This document shows, piece after piece, positions 24,901 through 41,299 of a stretch of DNA of 64,000 nt. The position numbers and the translations under genes are program-made. The number at the start of each line of letters is the position of its first letter. Within the stretch, counting starts at the first letter, position 1. The DNA is from Paraspadella gotoi. Its lineage: Eukaryota > Animalia > Chaetognatha. The notes under the pieces are model-generated. The model did not search any database. It had not been told where the DNA came from and saw only the letters and a program-made list of their open reading frames with translations. The stretch spans positions 16,031,245-16,095,244 of the forward strand of contig CM119264.1 of NCBI GenBank assembly GCA_051294375.1. The letters run 5' to 3'.

Positions 24901-25629
24901 NNNNNNNNNNNNNNNNNNNNNNNNNNNNNNNNNNNNNNNNNNNNNNNNNNNNNNNNNNNNNNNNNNNNNNNNNNNNNNNNNNNNNNNNNNNNNNNNNNNN
25001 NNNNNNNNNNNNNNNNNNNNNNNNNNNNNNNNNAGTTGGTTCTGTTGTTGTGGTTTTGGTTATTGTAGTTGGTTTTGTTGTTTTAGTTAATTCGTTTGTT
25101 GTGGTTGGTTTCGTAGAAGTTGGTGTTGTCGTTGTCATTGGTTTTGTTGTAATTATTATAGGAGGTACAGTTGTAATAATTGTTGTAGTAGCTGTAGTAC
25201 CTGGATTTGTTGATGAAGTTGTAGTTGTCATTGGGGTTGTAATGATCTCAGAGGTGGTTGTTGCTACAGTAGTTGTGCTCGGTATTGTAGTGGTTGTTAA
25301 TGTTGAGATTTTTTCTGTTGTCGTGATTTGTTCTGTTGTTGTGGTTGGTTTTGCTGTTGTGGTGGGTTCTGCTGTCGTGGTTGCCGACATTGTTGTGGTG
25401 GGTTCTGTTGTTGTCGTTACCGTTGTAGTAGTAGTCGGTAACGTTGTCGTGGTCAAGGTTATTGTGGTGGTTGTAGTCGGGACACCGGTTGTCGTCGTGA
25501 TTGTAGGAGTGGTGGTGGTGACTTCTTGATGCTTCATCGTCTTCCACGATCCCCACTGATCCAGATCCTCCACATCAAAGTCTTTGACGGCGTCCAAGCC
25601 CATGTGGAACATCTTCCAAGTCCCTTTGC
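21913..25629 (-). CDS. Thr-rich mucin-like stalk exon(s), interrupted by a gap and frameshift errors
   Basis: ORFs 22480-23676 and 24383-25639 are very T/P-rich, with a recurring STNPGTT anchor and some ~300-bp repeat units. Acceptor tttttag near 25630; donor CAG|GTGAGA at 21913. Confidence 0.85.
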
Positions 25630-25719
25630 CTAAAAACAATAGTGGAAAAGTTAGGACAGGAGAAGACTGGAAATATGTGACTGCAATGTTGTGATATCAT
25701 TTGTGACCACTGGCGAAGT

Positions 25720-29960
<4,241 letters not shown>

Positions 29961-30001
29961 AAGCCAAAGGAATCGACGAACAATTAAGACAGAAGAAAAA
30001 A

Positions 30002-30974
30002 TCTTAAAAGCATAAGGATCGTCGCAATCGCATAAGAAAAAATAAGACAAATTTTGAGACTAAAAAAATAAATTTGAGAAAAGAAAATTAATTTATAAAC
30101 GGAAAGAAAAAGAAGAAAAGAATAAATAGAAAGAAAGAATAGAAAGGAAAGAAAGAATAGAAAGGAAAGAAAGAATAGAAAGGAAAGAAAGAATAGAAAG
30201 GAAAGAAAGAATAGAATGGAAAAAAAGAATAGAATGGAAAAAAAGAATAGAAAGGAAAGAAAGAATAGAAAGGAAAGAAATAATAGAAAGGAAAGAAAGA
30301 AAAAGAAAAATGAAGAGAGAACGAAACAAAAACCCAATGTTGCGATAGCAAAAGGATAACATGCACAAATGCGATGCTTAATAAAAACGCAGAGAGAGAG
30401 AGAGAGAGAGAATCAGCAGACGAATCAGACGAAACAGAAGAAGCAGCAGGAGAAAACTGAGAACAAGAAAGAAAGCCCCTGCAGAGTCCAAGGAATCAGC
30501 GACTGGGGAAAAGAGAGAGAGAGGGCTACATATAATTATAAGAGAAAAGAGAGAGAGAAAGAGACATAAAAATAAAAATAAAGAAAGCCCCTGCAGAGCC
30601 CAAATCGTTTTCGAATCAGCAGAAGCAGCTGCAGGCTCGTTTTTTTTTCGGTGAATCAGCGACTGGGGAAAAGAGAGAGAGAGAGAGCTACATATAATTA
30701 AAAAGAGAAAAGAGAGAGAGAAGGAGACATAAAAATAAAAATAGAGGAAATTTGTTTGTTTTGATAAAACGTAAACAAAACATATTTAAGAACTGTCCTC
30801 ACCCAATTTCAAGGACCTCGATGATGAGAAGCAGTATATAAATTTTCAGCTTCATGCACCCAATTTTAATCATCAAAAAGGTTAGAACGCCAACGACGAC
30901 AACGACGACGACTACGCCACTTATGAGCAAAGGCGTAACGAGATCGTCGCAAACGCAAAGCGATTGCGACGATA
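30002..30974 (-). mobile_element. Full-length HINE family A copy
   Basis: Ends cttaaaagcataaggatcgtcgcaatcgc (30003-30031) and atcgtcgcaaacgcaaagcgattgcgacgataaaaa (30943-30978). Internal blocks match 14188-15611. Confidence 0.75.
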
Positions 30975-31649
30975 AAAATTGGAATTAATAAAATAAACAA
31001 ATTAAAAGCAAGCAAAAAACATATAAGAAAATTAAACGATAAAAAATAAAGAAAGAACGAGAAGCAGCAATGAGAAGAGGAAAGTGAAAACCGATGCAAT
31101 TATGAGTAGAAAGAAAGCATTTGATTTACCTGGAAAAAACTCATTTTTCTTTTTGGGCTCCATGTATTTAGTGCGAAAAGGTGAGTATTGTTCCAACGCT
31201 TCCCCGAGTTCTGAAAGTGAAGATGATTATAAATCTTTGACCCTATTTTTCGAAATCCAAATTTAGAATTAAGTTAGTTTTTAGATTAACGTTTAAGCTA
31301 TAGGTTAGGATTAAGGGTTAGATTAGGTTAAGGTCAGTGATTAGCGTAAAGAATTGAGTGACGGGTTTAGAGATTATGGAACAGAAATGGGGCGCTTTTG
31401 GAAAAAAATTTAACATTAAAAACAACGAAATAAAGAAAAAAAAAAATTTTAAAAACAGATTCTAATAAAGCTCAATCGGTTAAATGTAAAAAGTTTAAAA
31501 GCTAAAGTTTTAAAATGAAGTTCAAAAGCGCCATATTCTTATCTAGGAAATAAATCGTAAAATTGTTTTAATTTTTTTTTAAATTTTTATGGAAGAACTT
31601 CTAGTTCTCAACGTAAATATACAAATAAACTAAATAAGACAATTTATGG

Positions 31650-33360
31650 AACCAACTTGTAATGTCAGTGTTGACAGCTACGCATGTCTTTTCAGCGAAA
31701 TCCTTCCAGGAATCGATTTCCATCACAAGCTTGTGAATGTCATCTACTTTCGATTTTGCTTCAGTCTGAGATATTCGATTAGATCATTTTTCGTTGACAC
31801 GTTGTTGCTTATATCGATTCTCAGTTCGCTCACCTCTACCGCAGCCTTGTCCACTGAAGCCTTGGCCCAACGGAATTTCCACCGAGCTGTTCGATCGACC
31901 TTCTGTTTATCGCAATTAGTGTCATAGTTATAGTCATAGTCAATGTCGTCACTTGGGACGCACTCGTCATCCTTGTAAACCGTCGCTGTTTTAAAAAAGA
32001 AAAGGCGGCTAGATAAGAAGATAGCCAAGTTAAAGAAGAGAAAACAACATTTTTTTTAATACAAGCAACTTACTGAAATCGTAGACGCTATCGTAGCCGT
32101 CCATCGGTTGATCACAACAGTTGCTCAAGATCTGGTCGCAGAGTTCGAACATCTTGCAACCATTATTAAAGTCGTCGTTGTTAGAGTCGCCGCACGAGGC
32201 CTTTTGTTTGTTCACGGCTGCCTCCATTTTTGTCGTAGTATCGCGCCTTCGGCGGAAGAAAGAAGAAGCTTTTTCCTTCGTTAAAAACAAAGAGGAACAT
32301 GCCGCGTCTCCTGGAAATATATCATTTCGTTTTCTAAGCGCGAACTATTTCTCGATTTTAAGATTAACTGTTACCGCAAACAACTTCATTCTTTAAAGCG
32401 TCCTCTCGAGATCTAACATACTGGAACAAAATAATGAGGAAAGCGAAAACGAAAAATCGCTCCATAATTTGAAATAAAAAAAATTAATACGCTAACAAGT
32501 CGTTTTTTATTCTAATTTTACTTCACAATTTATTTCAGGAATTAAAACAGTGAATCCTAATTTAACTGGCAGGGCAGTAAAATTTGAAAGGCAAACAAAT
32601 TTAAAAATTCAAGCTAGTCAATCAATTTATCAATCAGTTTATTAATTTATTGTCCTGCATATAATAGAAAATAAACGAACAAGGGGGTTTCATGTCTTGC
32701 AGCATCTCGCTCTGTCCTTCTGATCGACCTCCCGTTTGCAAGCGCTGTTATCGAAAGAATCCCATTTAAACGTTGGATTTTCGTTGCGAGCGCAGGCGAA
32801 GCAAGCGTCGCAAGTTCCCCCCGCGGCGCGAGAGCATTCCTGCATGCATTTAGAGTCCTGCAGAAAGAGATAAAAACACTTTAAATAATTAACTTCAAAA
32901 CAGAATTTTGAAACTTTAGGCTAAAGTTTAACGGTATATTTAGACAGACTCATCTCAGTCTTTAATCAGCTAATCCTAAACGCAACATACAACCGAGCGC
33001 TCCACCGACACTCCGCACTGAGTTGACAATGCGAGATAGTATTATATTATATTATTTTTAGTAGGACCACGCCAGTGGCAAACGGCGCTACTTAGGCTAG
33101 GGTCCGAAGTACCAAACATCAACAAGTAAGTTTCTCCACCCAGATGGGCATCACAGGCAATCCGGCTGTTACTATAATGCTTTTCAAATTGATTTTTAAA
33201 TTAGACTTGTGACCTATTTCAAACCCTCCTGGAATATCAAGGATATTTACCTCCATTAGACTGACGACATTGTCGTCAACTTCCCACACAGATTTCTTCA
33301 CGTGGCTCTCACATAGTTTGATCACTCGCTTGATTTTTCTCCTGGATTTCTTAATACCCC
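31650..33360 (-). CDS. Spliced gene fragments, unknown protein
   Basis: GC-richer exon-like ORF pieces (MEAAVNKQKASCGD...YDFS; TATVYKDDECVPSDD...EYLRLKQNRK; KLCESHVKKSVWEVDD...) separated by short AT-rich spacers with GT/AG signals. Confidence 0.4.
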
Positions 33361-34081
33361 TATATTAGAACGTTTAAAGATAATATATTAGATATTAAAT
33401 TCCGTTCATAAATATTTTACAGTAATAAAGTCTAAAGAATTTGATTGTGATGAGCATTTTTTGATAAAATTTCATCTTGTCGAAAATGACGATTTTTAAA
33501 GCTTATAAAATGTTAATAAAATGGCTCAAACGTTAAAGTGTATGATTAAAACAAATTAATAAAAAATTTAAAAGTTATAATTGACATACAAAACATGAAA
33601 ATAAAACCTACAAAAATATTTTAGTAAATTTATTCATAATTTTATTATATACTAATAATATATAACTATTATTAAAAATCATTATTAAGAAAAAATATGC
33701 TAAAATTAAAAATTTATTTTTGAAATTTTAGAACCGGATTTAAATTCCTTACAAAAAGTTTATATCAGGAAATATAAATCTGTTTAATAAATTCAGTCAT
33801 TAGGTTAGTCAAAATTTTTTTAAAATATATTTTTAAGCCAAATTATAAAAAAATATTGTTTTTAACGTTTTTAACCTATTTATTAAAAGATTTTTAAATA
33901 TGGATTAGAATTTAATTAATTATTATGTAATTAAAATTATTTATAATTTAAGTGAACGAAATTTTCGTGAAACAACAATTTAATTTTATTTTAGATAAAA
34001 TTGTACATGTTTCGGCTCAGATTTCGAGCCTTCATCAGCATTTGAAAAACCACAAATAATTTTTCGCCAACAATTGAGTTG

Positions 34082-34162
<81 letters not shown>

Positions 34163-35559
34163 GAGAGTTTCCAACAAAGAATTGAGTAAAGGAAAGTGGT
34201 TAGATGTGAGGACAGATGAAGTTGAGGACAGAGGTGAAGAGAGAGTGAATTTGAAATTGGTGAAAAAGAGAGAGAGGAGAGAGAGATAGAATCATAGTGC
34301 AAAAATATACATTTGGTAATGTACAACAAAGATAATGGTAGTAAAACTAATCATAACAAAGATTTGATAATAAATTATGATTCTAACTATGATTCTTCTC
34401 TCTCTCTCTCGTCTCTCTCTCTCTCTCTCTCTGCTCTCTCTTTCGATGGAATCGTCCGAGTGAAAATCAGTTTAAATGGAAAAAACAAAAAAAATATATT
34501 TCACTATTTGAACACAATTACTCATGAGTGGATGGGGCGATTGACTTGAAATTTTGTATTTGGGTAGAAAAGTGTGTGATTAAACTGGAAATCAAGTTTC
34601 GATGGAATCTTTGAGTGGAAATGAGTTTAAATGGAAAAAACAAAACTTGTTTCATTAATTGATTATGCTTCTTTTTCTTTTTATTTTAAATGTAAATGCA
34701 AGATGTATTAATTAATCAAATAATTAATCAGTCAATTAATCAAAACAAACATTTCGGATCAATTAATTAATAATTATTTAATTAAATAATTAATTAAATA
34801 ATTAATTATAATAATTAATAATTAATTAACTTGAATTAATTATAATATTAATTAATTATTAATTAAATAATTAACTTAAATAAATTATATATTAATAATT
34901 AAATAATTAATTAACTTGAATTAATTATTAATTAATTAATTAATTACCGATAATGATCGTTGGCAGAGCCGACATTGTTTGCTCAAACTTGTTTTTTGCA
35001 TAATTTATCATAATTCGACATTCTGACATGATATATGTGATTGCCTGACAAGATTGAGGGGGCGGACCGACAAAGTGAATTAAGAGTGGGGATCTGCTAA
35101 AAAGTGGAAAAAGGCTACTATATTATACTATATTATACATATAAAATTCGTACAACCAATATAAAAATTATTCATTCATTTAATAAATAAGCTATCTTGC
35201 CCCTGACTTTAGACAGGCTTTGGTGGTTTAAGGCCTGCATCACTCCTACAAGATAATTACATAGCAGGTCCCTGCAAGCTTTCAATCAAGACTCACAGTA
35301 TCGTTTATTCACTCCCAGAATACCTGGCTTCTCTATCAATAAAGTGGTATAATATTTCAAAGAATATTTCAATTGTATGAATATGTAATATATAATTATA
35401 CATATATATTATACATCAAAGAAAATGCCAAATCGAGACCTTCAAAACCGACTATCATTGAACTAGTTAGAGTTAACGGTTGCATAGATAGAAGATACGC
35501 TGTCACGAAATGTAACCAAGGAAAAAAATCATACTGTAAATGTTAACAAATCTCACCAA

Positions 35560-37945
35560 AAGTAATCGAGTCTGGACGGAGAATCTGGATCGTCGGGGGC
35601 AAGGAGCAGCGGGTGGTCAGGCCATAACTTGCTAAAAGGGATGTCACTGTCCAGGGTGAGGGACAGAAACCAGCTTTATTTAATTATTACTATGGCCGAA
35701 ATTGTAGATGGTTGCAAGCATGACAAGCAATTGTTTACGACTATCTCTGTCCATCCATTCCTAAAATAATCAGGAACGAAACTCACTTCAGCTCTATGTT
35801 CCGGCTGAATGTCCAGCACATCTTTTCCGCATTAAATTCCCGAATTGTTTTGCCTCCGAGAGCTGAAAATTTCCGGTTCTCGTTGATCGGCGGCGGATTC
35901 CTCAACCGATCCCAACGCTCGCCCAGTCCATCAGGCAAATGGTATCTGACGTCGACGGCTGGACGAATTAGCTGTTCGGAAAATATGGAAACTTAAAGAA
36001 AAACCTTCAATTGCATTGATGTTGAAACGAGCACCGACTCTCCCAAGTTTCTCCATCTTCGCTCTTTATTGACCATGGGAACTCCGTGTTGCAGAGACTC
36101 GTACAACATCGCGAAACAGTTATAGACATGGCACTTTGTCGGATCTTCACAAAAAATATTTCGTGTGTGTCATATGTAATGCATTTTGCATTGTGTGCAA
36201 GAAGTATCTCTCTCTCTCTCTCTCACCGAGATTTTCCGGAAGGTCATCATGAATTACAGGATCACGACAATCGTCTTCAGACTCGCACCTCAAAGGAACA
36301 TCAATTATCGTCTGTCCGCCTACCGAGTGAAAGAGGCGGGGAGAAAATAAATGGTGAGACGCACGCCATGAACAATTCTGCCTTTGAACGAAAGACCTGC
36401 GAGGGAGTCAACCTTCTGCTGGTAAGTGATGGCTTTGTAGACGCAATTCGGCGTCGGCGATTCTCCCGTCGTTTCGCACCAAGAGATGGCGTAGCAAAAA
36501 CTTACATTCTGAAATTTTAGGAAATTAGTATTTGTATGACCAAATAATTATTTAATTTATAAATTAATAAATTAAACAAAAAAGTAATATAATCAAATAA
36601 TAAAAAAGGTTTTTTCCCCATTTAAACTTATTTCCATCCGGCCGATTCTAATAATTAATTAAGGCAGCTTGCATTTATATTTATATATGAAAAAAAGCAT
36701 AATCAAATATTGAAATAGGATTTTTTTTTAATTTTAAATTATTTCTACTGGGATGATTCCTTAAAAACGTTAAATCCCGCTAAATCACAGAAAGAAGAGA
36801 GATATTATGCTTACAATCTTCGTTTAACTCTGGGTTTCAGATGCAGTAAAGTGACGAAACGACGACGATAATGACTACGAATCAAATTCGCCACGAACCA
36901 CGACGAACGAGGATGTATTCAACTTTCCTTCAACGGCGTTTGAATCTCTTTCATCAAAACAATTCAACATTCGGGAGATCAAGAGTGGTCTCGACGTCAA
37001 CGAAGGGTAGAACTCCGGAGTGCAATCGCAAGGAAGACCGCAATCCGGCTTGCTTCCAGTAATGGAATTAAGGGGAAAAGATAAGATGAATAGTTGAATA
37101 CAAATTAGTTTTGTATTCCAATTCTTTGTACCTTTAAGGTCGTTGGAAGTCAGCGATGGATCTAGACGACGACGACGACGACTGTCACGCAAACAACGGC
37201 GAAAAGACAACAGACCATTCTGCTTTCCATTTGAAACGCCCATCTGTGTTTCAACGCGCCAATGTGGAAGGATGAACCAACGCCGACGGAGAATCCAAAC
37301 GACGTTTTTTCCGCAAGCTTTAAAATATTGCTGTCAAAAGGAAGAAAGGAGTCCTGCCGCACGGAAGAGTTGCTGAAATAGTGGCGAGGCTACAGTGGCA
37401 ATGCCCCAATTCTCTGTGCGTACTGAGACGAAAGGATAAAGAAAGGGCGAAAATATTCCAGTAATGATGTCGAGGGAAGAAGCGGAAAAGGTGCTGTACA
37501 AAAGTGGTCGATAACGAAGTGCGGAAAAAGAACGATAAATTACAAAAGGAAAAATCTCTGCGCCACATAAAGGAAATAATGAAGCAAGATTTTCTATATT
37601 TTTCGAGGACGAAGAAATTTTCGCCTCTCACGTCAACGGCGTTTGCATAAACCGGCGCCGATCCGCGTCGAACCCGCAATGGGGCGAAACAGCCTCTCGA
37701 CCTCTGCGATTCAATCGCGCGTCTCAGGGGTCTTAAGTGGACATTTCCGTCTCTTGGATCGGCAATTTGGGCCAAGAAGCAAAGTCGGCGCCGGGTAGAG
37801 TCCGTCTCAATAGCGGCCACAAATAGCAATTGGCGCTGGAGGGCGTACAGGGAGATTGGAAAAAGACGCAGGAAGGGGACCAAACGCGATGTGGAGAACA
37901 CTGGAATTGGTCGATGAAAGAGAAGAAACGAGGTCACGCGCGGTA
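35560..37945 (+). CDS. Probable spliced gene, unknown protein (frames broken by indels)
   Basis: GC-rich blocks with acceptor tttcag (36840) and an acidic reading DDNDYESNSPRTTTNEDVFNFPS. A long coding-like block at 37137-37945 ends at gtatga. No domain recognised; the strand is tentative. Confidence 0.35.
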
Positions 37946-40427
37946 TGATTTATATTTTTAGCGGGTCTGCTTTATTACATATTTTTCAGCTCTATGATAC
38001 ATCGATTGTCGCGAAATCACATTTTGTTAGAAATCGTCCGAAGTAGGAAATAAATTTAAATAGAAAAAAAACAGAAAATACATTTTAGCAAATTTGATTT
38101 TTTTTAATGTAAAATGGTTAAAATAGAAAGTTTTCAACAATTAATTAATTAATTCAATAATTTCATAGTAATTAGCAATTAATTCATTAATTAATTATAC
38201 GTACAGGTTATGAATTCAATGCAAACGAATGTGATTAATTAAACGCTAATATATATTAATAGAGAAAAGCAAAAGTTTTTAAGAATTTTTATTAACTCGA
38301 ATTTATTTTGGTTATTGGATTAACTACATCAAGTGAAATATATTAAATTTTTAAATTTATCTTTAACTTAATCCAATTTAAGTCTAATAATCTTGAAACT
38401 TATTCAAACTTTTAAATTAATGGCTATCATAATCATATGATTATATCGATATGAAATTGTTGCTTACCAGCTAACTTTACCGCTTACTGTTATTAATAAA
38501 TTATAATTAAGATTAATATTTATATTATTATTATTAATTATATAATTAAATCATTATTAATTAGTGTTATTTAACTATTTAAGCAAATCATTCCTGATAG
38601 CTGCTTTACTGCTTAGTTATAGTAAAGCAGATACCCGGCATTATATTGGTCAAACTGTTTATAATAATACCCACTTTAAATCAGAGTTTGAAAGTAGTGC
38701 AAGCAACGATTTGCGCGCTTCTTCAAACCTCTCTTAAATCAATAACGCAAGAAAGAAAGATTTCACTGAACCGAGAACAAAAAATATGTTTGTTTAAAAA
38801 CACGTTTAAATGCATATATATAAAAAACAAAAACAGAATCATTAATTTTATTCCCTCGTCTTATATCCATGAACACCTGAGGCTCTGCATTTAAAAAGCA
38901 TAAATCGTGAGAATAAATCAATTTCGTTTTATTTTATCCAGTTCCAAAAAATTTTTCGAGTAACGCGATTCAAATTCTTTGGCAAGCGTATCTTACGAAA
39001 CGAGAAAAGCTTCGAAATAACTAACTCATCGACGTGGAAAACGGGGTGCAAATGAAAAAATAGATAATTTTGACCTGAACTCTAATGGTATTTTTCAGTG
39101 ACTAAGTGATAAATGGGGTAAAGCTTAGTTTATATGGTGTTTTTCTAGTATTTTGGCTGGTTTGTACCTTGAAGATTTTTTTTTTAAAATTAAAGCTATC
39201 TGTGTGCTTGATTTTTGATCTTGGCTCGATGCTACATATATTCCCAAATTTATGTGGCAAAAGACGATTAACGCTACCTCGGGGTCAAATCCACAAATGC
39301 ACGGTCTATTAAACTGGCCCCTCTCTATACTTAGGCGGTAATCATCGCATTGTCCTTTGTTCAATCAACTCATGTTTACAGTCACAACTAATCTCTTCTG
39401 TTTCGCCAATTATTAACTTAATAAATATATATATATTATTCATTTCATTTTGAAAATATCAATCTTTGTTGTATATGAAAGACAGGAAACGAAAGAGGGA
39501 TACGTAAAAGCCTGGAAAATTGAAAAATACTATTTCTTGGAAAATCAAAAGATGCATGTCCTCCTCGTGAATGCATGTCTCTCTCGACATTCGTCATTTT
39601 TCCAATGTATAGAATTTTTGTGTTTGGACACTGAGTGTCACGGTGGCCTGTTGCTGCTCTTGCTGCTTTTTTGACTGCTGTCTGTGCATGCCGGCGCACA
39701 CCAGCGAGCTTCCGAGCGACGCCGCCTCCTACAGTGTATCGCCGTAATGACGCCTATATTTTCTACGGGGGCGTTGGTGCCCAATGGTCGCCCCCTCGAA
39801 AGATCTTTGGTGGAGAAAAGAGTCTTTTGACACTTTCTACTAGAGCAATGTTGATTTTAATATTGTATGTTAATTTGTTTTATGAACAACACTTTACCAT
39901 TGAAACTGTGGACGTGCTTTTGGCCGTTGAAAGTGCGGGCCTAGTAGTAAGAAATAGGTAATAATTACTATTTATACAACAGATATGGATTTCTTAAAGT
40001 TTTTATTTAAACTATTTCCCTTCTTAATCAAAGCGTTATTTCCTTTCTTTCTTTCTTTTATGATTAGTTTAATATTTAATACATCACAATTTTTAGATAT
40101 TAAATCTAATTTTATTGTATGAATATTTAATGCCGTTAGTTTACCGGAAACACTATTTCCCTCCCGCATATCGCTCGGTACCACTCGCGAAAGTTGATCA
40201 GTGTCAACCGAGGACCAACCTTATGAATCAATCGAAGGCTTAAAAACAAACTTCGGGGAGGTTAAAAATTGCAAGATACTTTGTTTTTTACTTTTTACTT
40301 TTTTGTATACAAATGAAATACATTACGTAATTAACATTAGGTATATAACAGAGAGACAACCAATCTCTTCTATCTTTTTTTTCTGATTTACTTCTATAAA
40401 GTTGGCACACGGAAACCCGCACGGTGA

Positions 40428-40924
40428 AAAAAAAAATCGCCCATTGCAATTGTAAAGTTTTTTTCAAATCTTAAAAAAATGTTTTATTGTAATAACAAAT
40501 TCATGTAATACTATCTAAATTTTATATGAATTGGTTTTTGATTTGACTTGGCAATGTGCCGAGAAAAGTTGGTCTTAAAAAAATGTTTTTTCATTATAAA
40601 AAAATTTTCACAACACATTTTTAAATATGTCAATCTCTTCATATTTTTCTAAGATAGCTTTTTAGAAGATAATAAATATGATTACTTTTTTTGTAAAAGT
40701 TTTTTAAAAAATAAACTAAGAGAATGTTGGACCAAAGGATTGAATAAAAAAAAGGATTGAGTTTTAAAAATAAAAGATCATGTTTTAAAAACCACTTTGC
40801 TTATTGCCAAAGTCATCAAAAACAATCATATGAAATTTGGAATACATTAAATAATTTTGTTTTTTATAATTTTTAAAGATTAAAAAAATCTTAACTAGGT
40901 TTTACACAAATGGCGATTTTTTTT
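40428..40924. mobile_element. Degenerate MITE-like element with ~150-bp imperfect inverted arms
   Basis: aaaaaaaatcgccc...tttatatgaattggtttttgatttgacttggcaat pairs with attgccaaagtcatcaaaaacaatcatatgaaa...ggcgatttttttt. Confidence 0.55.
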
Positions 40925-41299
40925 CTATGGAAGGAGAGAAAAACCTAGCCGCACTTCCCCGGAGCGCAATGCTCGTCTTCAGAAAGACTCGGAGATCCGA
41001 GAGGCGGCGATCTTCGCTCTGTGTTCGAAACGGGGATTGAGGGGGGCGGCGTCCTAACGGTTCGCGCTCGCTGACGCCCGTCTCCGCCTCCATCAACCCG
41101 CTTCGCGTCCCAATCGATCCGGTCCAAATCCATCGAAGCCGCTTGGTCATTAAAGGGATCGCTTCAATCATTTGCGCCGGTTGTTTGGTTAAATTTCAAA
41201 GAGCTGCATCGATGTTCGACATCTGTTTGAAGAGTGATTTCAAAATCGCATAGTGAAAAAAAATATCTCAGACCTACAGGTCAATTCTTGAATCTACAA

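Noticed and set aside
31295-31340. Interstitial telomere-like TTAGG repeats
   Set aside because: Only a few degenerate units; insufficient evidence.
40420-40432. CACGGTG as a second Transib terminus
   Set aside because: No matching CACCGTG or TSD at the other end of the inverted-repeat element.
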